Virus record (IMG/VR): IMGVR_UViG_3300037826_000058
Span: 1-64,000 of that record
Direction: 5' to 3' (one strand)
DNA from: a virus
Length of the DNA: 64,000 nt
Part shown: positions 39,775 to 48,570 of the stretch, piece by piece
Layout of the letters: every line of letters starts with the position of its first letter
How positions within the stretch are numbered: the stretch's first letter is position 1
The notes under the pieces: model-generated
Seen by the model: only the letters and a program-made list of their open reading frames with translations
Told to the model about the DNA's origin: nothing
The model's database searches: none
Translations under genes and position numbers: made by a program

Positions 39775-40254
39775 GTGGTGATTATGAAAACTAAATGGAT
39801 GGAAATGGGACTCACAGAAGAAGAGTTTATCGAAATTTTGGAAGATCGCTCCAGGTGGGAAGAAATCATGGGTGACGGGGGGTATACTTCTGATGGTATA
39901 CATTTCCACTGTCGCCGCTATGGGGTGTCTCACCCTACCGGCCCGTACTCTCCCGCTCAGGATATGAGCCGTGAGGAGTGGGAAGAGTTGCTTGAAGAGG
40001 GGCTAACCGTCTCCGCTATGGCAGATCGGTTGGGTTCGTCGGAGGGCACAATCAGGAAGTATATGGAGGAGGCGGGTCTAGAACCCCCCTCAACCAAATG
40101 GCAAAGGGCGGGATTATCGGAGGAGGAATTGCGGAATCTGTTGGCCCGTCCAATGGATGCTGCAATCCAAGCGGTTCAGGAAGCGACCCGTCATCTTCCT
40201 GACGGGCCGTACTCTTCTCGCCAAGTTTATCGCCTTAAGAAAGAGTTTGTTTAA
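39775..40254 (+). CDS. Tandem-HTH protein
   Basis: Repeated TKW..(M/A)GL(T/S)EEE units; TVSAMADRLGSSEGTIRKY. Confidence 0.65.
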   Translation: MVIMKTKWMEMGLTEEEFIEILEDRSRWEEIMGDGGYTSDGIHFHCRRYGVSHPTGPYSPAQDMSREEWEELLEEGLTVSAMADRLGSSEGTIRKYMEEAGLEPPSTKWQRAGLSEEELRNLLARPMDAAIQAVQEATRHLPDGPYSSRQVYRLKKEFV

Positions 40255-40374
40255 CCCCAACGCCGAGAGGTTTTTCCTTTCCTTTCCCCTCTCGGCGTGG
40301 AATAATTTAGTTTAATAAGAAAACCACGAGGTAGGCTCCCTGTTTGTGCTTTCAGGAGTCCTAAAGGAGAAAAA

Positions 40375-40626
40375 ATGAGAATTGATTGTGAGTGTGGTGA
40401 CCGAGAGTGCGACTTGGTGCTGGATTTGGAAGCAAAGCGGTATGCTGAGTTAGCCCTGCACAGCTGCCTGGTAGTGCATCCAAGGTGTGCTGCACCACTA
40501 GGGGAGCACAGAAGTGTGTTGGTGTCGTATGAAGATGCTATCCTGGTTGAGGATGAAAGGCTGGTTGAAGTGTTGACCAACCTTGATAAGCAATTTGAAA
40601 AGGTGTATAATATTCTTGGCTTGTAG
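40375..40626 (+). CDS. Hypothetical metal-binding protein
   Basis: AAGGAG RBS; CECGDREC...HPRC. Confidence 0.6.
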   Translation: MRIDCECGDRECDLVLDLEAKRYAELALHSCLVVHPRCAAPLGEHRSVLVSYEDAILVEDERLVEVLTNLDKQFEKVYNILGL

Positions 40627-40912
40627 GGGGGGGCAAAGTGAAAAACCGTAGTGAACAGCAAGAAAAATGTAAATACTGTGACAACCCTGTGACCGGCAAA
40701 CGTGAACTTTGCCAATACCATCGTGACATGACACAAGCGCTTCAGGATTGGAGGGTAGAAAACGACGAAGAATGGATTGGGCGTTTCGCGAATCTGATGA
40801 GACCTTGACCAGAGATTAATACCTCTGGTATAGTGAAAGGAGTTTGAGATTATAAGCCCGCTGGCATCCCCGCCGGCGGGCTTTTACCCCCCTAATAAAG
40901 AGGCAAAAAAGT

Positions 40913-43783
40913 ATGAATGAAAAATCGTTACTGCAACAACGCTATCTTCAGCCTGGCGAGGAGACCTTCGCTGATCTGGCACGAAGGGTTGCTGACTGGG
41001 TTGAAATCAAAGAGGTCTATGAAGCCATAAAAAGCAAGTGTTTTATCCCCTCTCGGATGCCCTACATGGGCACCGAGTTTCCTTTTTCCAGTAGCTGTTT
41101 CGTCCTCGGCCCCATTGAGGACGATTTGGCGTCCATTATGAATACGCTGAGGGACGCGACGCTGGTGCAGAAGATGGGCGGGGGCTGTATTGGTGGTGAG
41201 AGTGTTGTTATCACCGACCAAGGCCCTATGCCAATAAAGCAGCTAGTAGCTAGGAAAGACCCTGATATTAAAGTTCTTTCCTACAACCCAGACAGCAAGA
41301 CCATGGAGTATTCCACGGTGACCAAGTGGCACACTGTGGACACAGAACCGAAACGAGTTTACAAAATTAACTTTTCTCATGGTAATGGGCATGGTGTTCA
41401 GGCTAGCATGACGGTTAGTGATTGGCACCCGTTCTTTGTTTTTGACGGTGAACAAGTGATACAGGTAAGGGCTGATGACTTAGAGCCTGGCATGGTTATT
41501 ATAGGTTCGTCAGAGTATCGTCATGAATATGACGAGTGGGGTTGGGCTTTGGGTTACATAGCTGGTGATGGTGCTATTGACTACAGCAAAAAGGAAAAAT
41601 ACCCAAGAGTTAGAATATGTGACGACAGTGAGGAGGCTGTTAGTCGTGTTGCCAAGATCATGGGGGTTCCATATTCTCGGTCTAAGGATAAACGATTTCA
41701 GGTTGATATGTGGGAGTGTGCTAGCTACTCCGATGTGGCGGGTAGGATTAGAGACAGTTTTGGAGGATACAAGACTTGTTACGATAAATGTATCCCCGAA
41801 GAAGTTTGGAGCAGCTCACCGTCATGTCGGTTTTCATTCATAGTGGGGCACCTAGATGCAGACGGATGGTATAATGAGGGAAAGAGCCGCTTCCAAGCCT
41901 CGACTGTGAGTAAGAAACTTGCCTTTGGTTTAATGGCCTTGGCTGGAAGCCTCGGCATACGCACCAAGGTCAGGTTTAGAGAATCACGCCATGAAAACGA
42001 ACAGCCCATTTGGGAAGTACGATATATGACCACTCAATCTTTCATTGAATCTGTAATGGACTGCAGTGCTAAGTACAATGACATAAAACCTCCGTGTCAG
42101 GTAATGGGGTCGCTACAATTATCAATGACGTGGCGAAAGGGTTTGTCAAGCAACGGAATAGAACTAGGTACTCAAGCATGGCGTGCTCGAACCCCACTGC
42201 TGGGCAGAGAGCAATCGCTTATAAACTGGCTACAAAACGGGATTGCCACAAGGGACGTTGCTGGTGATATAATTGAGGCTTGCAACGAGCCTGAGCTGGC
42301 TCAGTCTGTGCGAGCATGTCAAATTGTCCATTCTGTGGAGCAAGAAGATGGTGACATCTTGTACGACTTAACTGTTCCCAGCAATCAAACATATCTTGCA
42401 TCTCCTCCAGGTACAGGGGCTTTTGTAGTGGTACATAACACTGGATACAGCTTCTCTAGGTTACGTCCAGAGGGTGATCTTATCCGAAAGAGCGGTGGAG
42501 AGGCGTCCGGCCCAGTCTCCTTTATGAGACTCTACCACGAGGCGATGACCGTGGTGAAGCGGGCTGGCAAGAAGCACGCCGCTCAAATGGGAATACTCAA
42601 TGTATCTCACCCTGACATCGTGAAATTTGTCAGGTGCAAGGAAGAAGAGGGTCGCCTTAGCACTTTCAATATCAGCGTGGCGGTCTCCGATGATTTTATG
42701 GAAGCTGTTCGCAATGATAGTGATTGGGACTTAACCTTTGGCGGGAAAGTATATGATACCATCCCCGCCAAGGAGCTATATCATTTGATCGCAGAGCACG
42801 CCTGGAGGAACGGTGAGCCGGGTGTGATATTCATAGACGAGATCAATCGCCAGAATCCATTCCCCGTGCCTATTGAGGCATGCAATGCGTGCGGAGAAAA
42901 GCCTCTGCCGTATAATTGCAGTTGCAACCTTGCATCAATAAACTTGTCCAAGTTTGTTGATGATAATGGTATCATAGACTGGAATGGAATAGAGGAACAC
43001 ACCCGCTTGGGTGTAAGATTCCTTGACGTTGCCATTGATAGGGCGTGGTGGCCCCTTGAGGAAGTAGAAAGAAACACCAAGAAGTATCGTAACATCGGCC
43101 TAGGAGTGATGGGCTGGGCCGATATGCTCATCAAGATGAGAATCCCCTACGACAGCGACACCGCTGTCGCCTTGGCATCCGGCTTGATGGCTTTCATCAA
43201 TGACGTAGCCCACGATGAAAGTCAGGGGCGTAACACCACCTTAACATCAATCGCCCCGACGGGAAGCATATCCATGCTTGCCGGTTGCTCCCCATCGATA
43301 GAACCCCTGTTCGGGTTGGTCACAAACAAACAGACCAATCTAGGTCTATCCCAAGAGATACATTCTGAGTTTAAGAAGCGTGCCGAGGAATTGGGCATTG
43401 CATCGGAGGCTTTGTGGGCCGATGTATCAGCCCAGCAATCTGTCCAACATTTAGACATACCTCAGGGCGACAAGGAAATTTTCAAAACCGCAATGGAAAT
43501 TCCTTGGGAGAGGCACCTTATGATGCAAGCCGCTTTTCAAGAAAGCGTTGATTCGGCGGTCTCCAAGACGATCAACTTGGAAAACTCGGCTACAATCCAA
43601 GACGTAAAGGACGCCATTATGTTGGCCGAAGCACTGGGGTGCAAGTCCTTAACGCTTTACAGAGATGGTAGCCGTAGTGAGCAGGTATACGTGCGCACCT
43701 GCCCCGATTGTGAGGCTGAACTTGTGTCAGAGTCGGGGTGCTGGTCGTGCCCTGATTGTGGTTATTCGCTCTGCAGCTTGTAA
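40913..43783 (+). CDS. nrdJ: Class II (B12-dependent) ribonucleotide reductase containing an intein
   Basis: SSCFV, GGG|TGYSFSRLRPEG, SGPVSFM, HPDIVKF, NGEPG, NACGE, IGLGVMG, SIAPTGS, SAVSKTIN, YRDGSR; no small-subunit gene nearby. Confidence 0.9.
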   Translation: MNEKSLLQQRYLQPGEETFADLARRVADWVEIKEVYEAIKSKCFIPSRMPYMGTEFPFSSSCFVLGPIEDDLASIMNTLRDATLVQKMGGGCIGGESVVITDQGPMPIKQLVARKDPDIKVLSYNPDSKTMEYSTVTKWHTVDTEPKRVYKINFSHGNGHGVQASMTVSDWHPFFVFDGEQVIQVRADDLEPGMVIIGSSEYRHEYDEWGWALGYIAGDGAIDYSKKEKYPRVRICDDSEEAVSRVAKIMGVPYSRSKDKRFQVDMWECASYSDVAGRIRDSFGGYKTCYDKCIPEEVWSSSPSCRFSFIVGHLDADGWYNEGKSRFQASTVSKKLAFGLMALAGSLGIRTKVRFRESRHENEQPIWEVRYMTTQSFIESVMDCSAKYNDIKPPCQVMGSLQLSMTWRKGLSSNGIELGTQAWRARTPLLGREQSLINWLQNGIATRDVAGDIIEACNEPELAQSVRACQIVHSVEQEDGDILYDLTVPSNQTYLASPPGTGAFVVVHNTGYSFSRLRPEGDLIRKSGGEASGPVSFMRLYHEAMTVVKRAGKKHAAQMGILNVSHPDIVKFVRCKEEEGRLSTFNISVAVSDDFMEAVRNDSDWDLTFGGKVYDTIPAKELYHLIAEHAWRNGEPGVIFIDEINRQNPFPVPIEACNACGEKPLPYNCSCNLASINLSKFVDDNGIIDWNGIEEHTRLGVRFLDVAIDRAWWPLEEVERNTKKYRNIGLGVMGWADMLIKMRIPYDSDTAVALASGLMAFINDVAHDESQGRNTTLTSIAPTGSISMLAGCSPSIEPLFGLVTNKQTNLGLSQEIHSEFKKRAEELGIASEALWADVSAQQSVQHLDIPQGDKEIFKTAMEIPWERHLMMQAAFQESVDSAVSKTINLENSATIQDVKDAIMLAEALGCKSLTLYRDGSRSEQVYVRTCPDCEAELVSESGCWSCPDCGYSLCSL
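41186..42439 (+). mobile_element. Intein with LAGLIDADG homing endonuclease (418 aa)
   Basis: Starts CIGGES, ends VVHN followed by Thr; LAGLIDADG-like WALGYIAGDG and FIVGHLDADG; removing it restores GGGTGYSFS. Confidence 0.92.
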
Positions 43784-43795
43784 CATCATGTTACA
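43779..43795. repeat. 17-bp palindrome A, copy 7 (TCA core)
   Basis: TGTAACATCATGTTACA containing the nrdJ stop codon. Confidence 0.9.
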
Positions 43796-43806
43796 ACGGG
43801 AAGGGG

Positions 43807-44274
43807 ATGGATAAGATAGACGAAAGGTACGTGTCTCAGCTTCCTTTGATTGAAATGGATTTGGAAGAACCAGAACCAAAGGAAGAAGAGAGGGTTGTTA
43901 GCCCTGTCCACAGTCTGGCGGCGTGGTTCTGGGCTAATATCTTAGAGCGCGAGGAAGACCCGTGGACGTGTATGGGTACGTTCAAGCGCTATCTTAAAGA
44001 AGCGTCAATGGTGTTGAAGCAATACAATCTTGACCCTGAAATCGTCAAGGTTGCTCTCAGAATGATGAAGTCCAAGGGTTTAGAGGTAAGGTCGATTCAC
44101 CTTCCGATAAACTGGTCTGTTACCACGAACGGGCCATCGTGGTATGACAAGGCTAGGCAATGGTACGAGAACGGCCCCCCGATCTATCAGCGGCACGACT
44201 TCAAGGTCTGGTGCAAGATGACAGATCGGATGGATTTGTGGGAGGAGGTGCATGGCAGACAAGACGCTTCTTGA
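43807..44274 (+). CDS. Hypothetical protein upstream of the helicase
   Basis: Start MDKID; overlaps the helicase start. Confidence 0.6.
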   Translation: MDKIDERYVSQLPLIEMDLEEPEPKEEERVVSPVHSLAAWFWANILEREEDPWTCMGTFKRYLKEASMVLKQYNLDPEIVKVALRMMKSKGLEVRSIHLPINWSVTTNGPSWYDKARQWYENGPPIYQRHDFKVWCKMTDRMDLWEEVHGRQDAS

Positions 44275-45691
44275 ATCCCAACAAGTCATCGTTAGAGCAA
44301 TCATTGATGACTTGTCAAGTGGGCATGACAAGATAATCCAACGCCTGACAGATGACGTAGGGTTATCGGCTGACGTGATGCCCAACCATCATCTGAGCAC
44401 GTTTTATCGTGCCGCGCAACGTGTGTGGCTCGACAGTATAGGTGGTGACGCATCCTACACGATACCCAACGTGCTCACAGAGGTAGAGCAGGTCTATCGG
44501 CACAATGGGTATGCCAAGGAAGCCGAGTCCTTGGTGCAAGGATGGCGTGCTAAGATGGGGAGTGTTGACATTGGTGGTGATCCCGTGAAGCACGCCAAAA
44601 TCCTCAAGGATGCCAAAGCCAGAGAGAAGGCCAAACAAATTCTAAAAAAATACCAACCTAAAATCCACGAAAGTCGAAACATTGATCTCGTAGTGGCTGA
44701 TTTGATTGAGTCGCTACGGGGGTTATCTTCTGAGAGGGGGCACGCCATGACCCTCGATGAGGTTATTGAACAGGAGAGGGCTGGACACTCTGCTCCTCAG
44801 TCCTGTGGGTATAAGCGCCTAGATGGCAAGGGCATAACTGGCCCATTGGCTGTCAAGGGTTACCCTTCTGGGGGTTGGACTGCGGGCAGGCTAGTGACCT
44901 GCGTCGGTGCTCCTGGTGTGGGTAAGTCTAGCCTGGGGGCAAACTTTGTTGCCCGAAGGACAGAGATGGGAAAGCCCAGTGTTGTCCATTCGTTCGAGTT
45001 GGATAAAGCCTCTATCTACCGAACGATTATTTGCTCCATGTCGGGGTGTACTCCCAATCAGGCCTTTAGCCCAACTGATGATTTGGACAAAGAGATTGGG
45101 GCTGCTGTGGAGTGGTCAAGGGAAGTCATACGTGAGTTAGTTGTGGTCTATGACGAGCCTACTAACATTGCGGGCTTGAAGCGGCGGTTTCAAAGGCACC
45201 AGACGGGCTTCTCAGGTGAGTTAGTTCTGCATGTGGTAGACCACCTGGGGGCCTTTGCTGGGCGTCAATCCGGTAGGATTTGGGAACAGTTCATCACGCT
45301 AGGGCGAGTCTTCAAAGAGGACTTAGCGTCAGCTCATGACGCGGCTGTTTTCCTTTTGGCTCATGGTTCCCCGAAAATGGAAAACGAGTTCAGGGAAAAC
45401 AATCGTGTCAGTGGTAATACAGTGGACGCCTACGGCGGACAGGCTATCCGACAGTGGTCGGACGTACTGTTTGCTGTAGGGCGTCACAACGGTGACACAG
45501 AGTTTGGTAAAGACCCAAACCTTGCTACCGCGACGGTGATTCAAGGAATCAAAAACCGTCAAGGTAAAGGGCATGATGATACGTGGGTAGTCTTCGACTA
45601 TGACCCACGAAGTGATTATCTCAGCAACAAGGTTCTTGCTGATGACCATGCTGAGTTATTCGAGGAGAGACCCGATGACCCGGCTTTCTGA
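44252..45691 (+). CDS. DnaB-like replicative helicase
   Basis: GAPGVGKS, HSFEL, HVVDHL, FLLAH, YGGQAIRQWSD, KNRQG. Confidence 0.8.
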   Translation: MADKTLLESQQVIVRAIIDDLSSGHDKIIQRLTDDVGLSADVMPNHHLSTFYRAAQRVWLDSIGGDASYTIPNVLTEVEQVYRHNGYAKEAESLVQGWRAKMGSVDIGGDPVKHAKILKDAKAREKAKQILKKYQPKIHESRNIDLVVADLIESLRGLSSERGHAMTLDEVIEQERAGHSAPQSCGYKRLDGKGITGPLAVKGYPSGGWTAGRLVTCVGAPGVGKSSLGANFVARRTEMGKPSVVHSFELDKASIYRTIICSMSGCTPNQAFSPTDDLDKEIGAAVEWSREVIRELVVVYDEPTNIAGLKRRFQRHQTGFSGELVLHVVDHLGAFAGRQSGRIWEQFITLGRVFKEDLASAHDAAVFLLAHGSPKMENEFRENNRVSGNTVDAYGGQAIRQWSDVLFAVGRHNGDTEFGKDPNLATATVIQGIKNRQGKGHDDTWVVFDYDPRSDYLSNKVLADDHAELFEERPDDPAF

Positions 45692-46154
45692 TCTGGAATA
45701 CGAAATAGAAAACCTACGTGCTGGTTTTGCAAACCTTCAGGACGAATGTCGCGATAACAATGAATACCCCCCCTTTTGTCGTGTAAGGCAGGCCAATGCT
45801 GTGAAGGCCCATCGTGCCTACATGAAGAGCGCGGCTAAGGTTGCTGATGATTGGGAAGAGAAAAAAGAAACCCCCTGTCGCTGTGGAGGCGACCATAATC
45901 TCATTCGTTTTCAGGGGGATGGGGTATGGTACAGTATATGCCCCATCAAATATTACATACTGAGGTGTTGGAAAGCCGTTCATAGAAACATGCCAGTGCC
46001 ATCCAGAGAAGAAATCCTTGGCAATATTATTAGTGATGAAAACGAGAAGGGGCAATGCCAAGTGTGCAAAGGGATGGGATACGTCAGACGAGATGTAGCA
46101 AGAGACGATGAAGACTTTGGTAAGTTGCACAAATGTTCCTCTTGTGCAAAATAA
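45675..46154 (+). CDS. Zn-finger protein resembling the N-terminus of DnaC-like loaders
   Basis: CQVCKGMGYVRRDVARDDEDFGKLHKCSSC; no P-loop. Confidence 0.5.
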   Translation: MTRLSDLEYEIENLRAGFANLQDECRDNNEYPPFCRVRQANAVKAHRAYMKSAAKVADDWEEKKETPCRCGGDHNLIRFQGDGVWYSICPIKYYILRCWKAVHRNMPVPSREEILGNIISDENEKGQCQVCKGMGYVRRDVARDDEDFGKLHKCSSCAK

Positions 46155-46181
46155 TTAACTGCACGGTATTGAATTTTACGA

Positions 46182-46331
46182 ACCCCATATATGGGGTCAG
46201 GGCTTTCGACACCCCCATATGTGGGTTGCGAAGGAGTAATTAGATTGCAAATAAGTATGCTGTAATCTCAGTGCTGTTTTATACCCCCATATATGGGGGT
46301 ATAACAGGGTCGATACCCCTACATATAGGGG
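46182..46331. promoter_or_regulatory. Four 16-bp palindromes in two tandem pairs (NrdR-box-like)
   Basis: ACCCCATATATGGGGT 46182, CCCCCATATGTGGGTT 46212, CCCCCATATATGGGGG 46284, CCCCTACATATAGGGG 46316. Confidence 0.7.
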
Positions 46332-46409
46332 TTTAGGTCAAGTCTGTACTACGACGTAGTACAACCCGCGTTGTGAGAGAGACCTTCTGGTGGCTCCACT
46401 TGGTTTGAT

Positions 46410-46438
46410 TTGCAAGTTTGATGTTGTTATGATATAAT
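46410..46438 (+). promoter_or_regulatory. sigma70-type promoter
   Basis: TTGCAA-17-TATAAT with TG extended -10. Confidence 0.75.
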
Positions 46439-46470
46439 GCATCTATCGCTAGATAAGTAAGGAGAAAAAA

Positions 46471-47604
46471 ATGAGTGATGAAAAAACGTTAGACTGGTTG
46501 CCTGCGGTGACGGGGGTTCTTCGGGAAGACATGCCCGAAGAAGCCTTAAGCTCGGACACGTCTCGCGGGTTTGAGCTGACAAGCATTAAGGCGGCGTTCG
46601 TCATTGAACGCCTCAATGAGTCTTTCGGGCTGGCAGGTTATGGCTGGCGGTATGTTCACTGTCCCGCCAAGGTCACGGATGGTGGAGAGCTTATCATTCA
46701 AGTGGCATTGCAGTACCGCGTCGGTCAAGAGGTAGGTATTTGGCCGATATTTTGGAATAGACCGCAGAGTCAGTGGGAATATGTCGAATCTGGGGCAGCA
46801 GTTTGGAGCGAACCAATTTTTGCCTTTGGTGGAAAGAAGCCCAGGGGTGGCGGTTCCCCGCAGGCTGATGCCCACAAATCGGCCCTGACGGACGCCCTGA
46901 CGAAGGCCGCCAGCATGCTGGGTGTAGGGCACAAGATATTTAAGGGGCAGGTCAGGTTGGGGTCAGGGGCTTCGTCACGTCATGAAGCACCTGTAGAAAA
47001 CATCGATGACCCCGGCAAGGTCAAGATTCCTTTTGGGAAGCATAAAGGGAAAACCCTAGCCCAGGTATGGGGTGAAGATGAGCAATACTTTGAATGGCTG
47101 GCTGGGGAAGCGGAAATCCGAGACCCCAAAGTGAGAAAGGCGGTGGAGCTATTCAGTGCCCCGGCCCCGGTTAAGAAAAGCGAGAAGAAGACCAATACAC
47201 CCCCCCTGACCAGCGAGGAATTGCAACAGGCACAAACTGCCGAATTCATGCTGACCGCCCGGCAGGCGGCAGACAGAGGGATTAAGGTGGGTAAATACGT
47301 AAAGCACATACTTAATCTTCTCTTGGAGGCGGGCTATGAGAATGAACACCACCGAAAGAATCTGCGTGAACAGGTCTTCGGTGAGACTGACATGAAGAAA
47401 TGGCATATGGGGTGGTTCCAGTTGTTGGAACAATATGCTCTTCATGTTAGGAATGAATTGAAGGAGGGGGGAGAACCCCATGAAGTGAAGGAAGAGGGCA
47501 AAACCATCGTGGCAATTGGGGTGACAAAACAGATTTCGTGGTGGGATGCCCTAGAGATTTACCAAGACAATGAAAGACAAGAAACTAACGAAATACCTAT
47601 CTGA
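46471..47604 (+). CDS. Rad52/Sak-like single-strand annealing protein
   Basis: VIERLNESFGLAGYGW and DAHKSALTDALTKAASMLGVG; additional IPFGKHKGKTL domain. Confidence 0.75.
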   Translation: MSDEKTLDWLPAVTGVLREDMPEEALSSDTSRGFELTSIKAAFVIERLNESFGLAGYGWRYVHCPAKVTDGGELIIQVALQYRVGQEVGIWPIFWNRPQSQWEYVESGAAVWSEPIFAFGGKKPRGGGSPQADAHKSALTDALTKAASMLGVGHKIFKGQVRLGSGASSRHEAPVENIDDPGKVKIPFGKHKGKTLAQVWGEDEQYFEWLAGEAEIRDPKVRKAVELFSAPAPVKKSEKKTNTPPLTSEELQQAQTAEFMLTARQAADRGIKVGKYVKHILNLLLEAGYENEHHRKNLREQVFGETDMKKWHMGWFQLLEQYALHVRNELKEGGEPHEVKEEGKTIVAIGVTKQISWWDALEIYQDNERQETNEIPI

Positions 47605-48511
47605 GAAAGGTCACAAGGCAAATGCATTGGTAGCCGATTGGCATGCTCCGTATCCTCAATCTAATATCGACGTGAACCTAAACAGCTTTGCCCAAGCGTG
47701 TCGATACATGAAAGAGAAAAAGATGGAGGCCCAGTTCTGGTTCTCTCATCTAATTCTGTCTCAACAATGGAAAGAAGCCAAGATATGGTATAATCACGTC
47801 CTAGACGAAGAGTACGAAGAAGAGGGCGCGATACCAGAACACGTGAAGGTAACGACATCTTTGCGCCAAAGATGGACTTCGCAGGAACAGTTCATCAAAT
47901 GGTGCGAGAATAATATTCCTGGGTTTAAGCGCTCTACATTTTGGAGGAGGCACGTCCACATTGACAAGTTCATAGAGCTGGGGATGAGCTTGCCAACCGC
48001 CACGAAAATCGTGGCTGGGCTGTCAGTATGGTCGGCTTCCGAACAAATCCAGAGAATATTTCAATACACCGATGAGCACGTCGTGGTAGGGGTAGACTCA
48101 GAGAAAGCTAACCGTCTTCCTGGGCTAGAGGACAATCCCATCGAAGAAGACGAAGACCCTGATGAGGCACTAGAAAGAGCGAAAGAAGCAGCGATAGAAT
48201 ATGCAATAGAGAAATCTATCGCAGTGGAAGAGGGTGAGCACGCTAGGAACATAGCAACAGAAGTGAAACGAAAAATTCACCGTCGCCCTCAAATTGCTAT
48301 ATTTCGGTCAGAGCTACCCGAATTCCATTACATTGTAGAGCTGACAACATACGATGATGACAACGACAACGGATATGGGGATGGGGAGGTGGAACATTTT
48401 GCCATCCTGTTGACGAAAATGGATGGCACTGTTTTAGGGAAAATACCGGATAGGCTCGAAGTGCTAGAAAATCGCCTAAGGGTAAGAAAACCGCCTGGCA
48501 TAAAAAGCTAG
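47570..48511 (+). CDS. Hypothetical protein
   Basis: 313-aa ORF ending at a terminator. Confidence 0.7.
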   Translation: MKDKKLTKYLSEKGHKANALVADWHAPYPQSNIDVNLNSFAQACRYMKEKKMEAQFWFSHLILSQQWKEAKIWYNHVLDEEYEEEGAIPEHVKVTTSLRQRWTSQEQFIKWCENNIPGFKRSTFWRRHVHIDKFIELGMSLPTATKIVAGLSVWSASEQIQRIFQYTDEHVVVGVDSEKANRLPGLEDNPIEEDEDPDEALERAKEAAIEYAIEKSIAVEEGEHARNIATEVKRKIHRRPQIAIFRSELPEFHYIVELTTYDDDNDNGYGDGEVEHFAILLTKMDGTVLGKIPDRLEVLENRLRVRKPPGIKS

Positions 48512-48520
48512 TAGAAACAC

Positions 48521-48555
48521 AAAAGCGCGGCTCGTTTAATCAAGCCGCGCTTTTT
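48521..48555. terminator. Bidirectional intrinsic terminator
   Basis: AAAAGCGCGGCT-loop-AGCCGCGCTTTTT between convergent blocks. Confidence 0.85.
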
Positions 48556-48570
48556 GCATGTCACTGCTGT

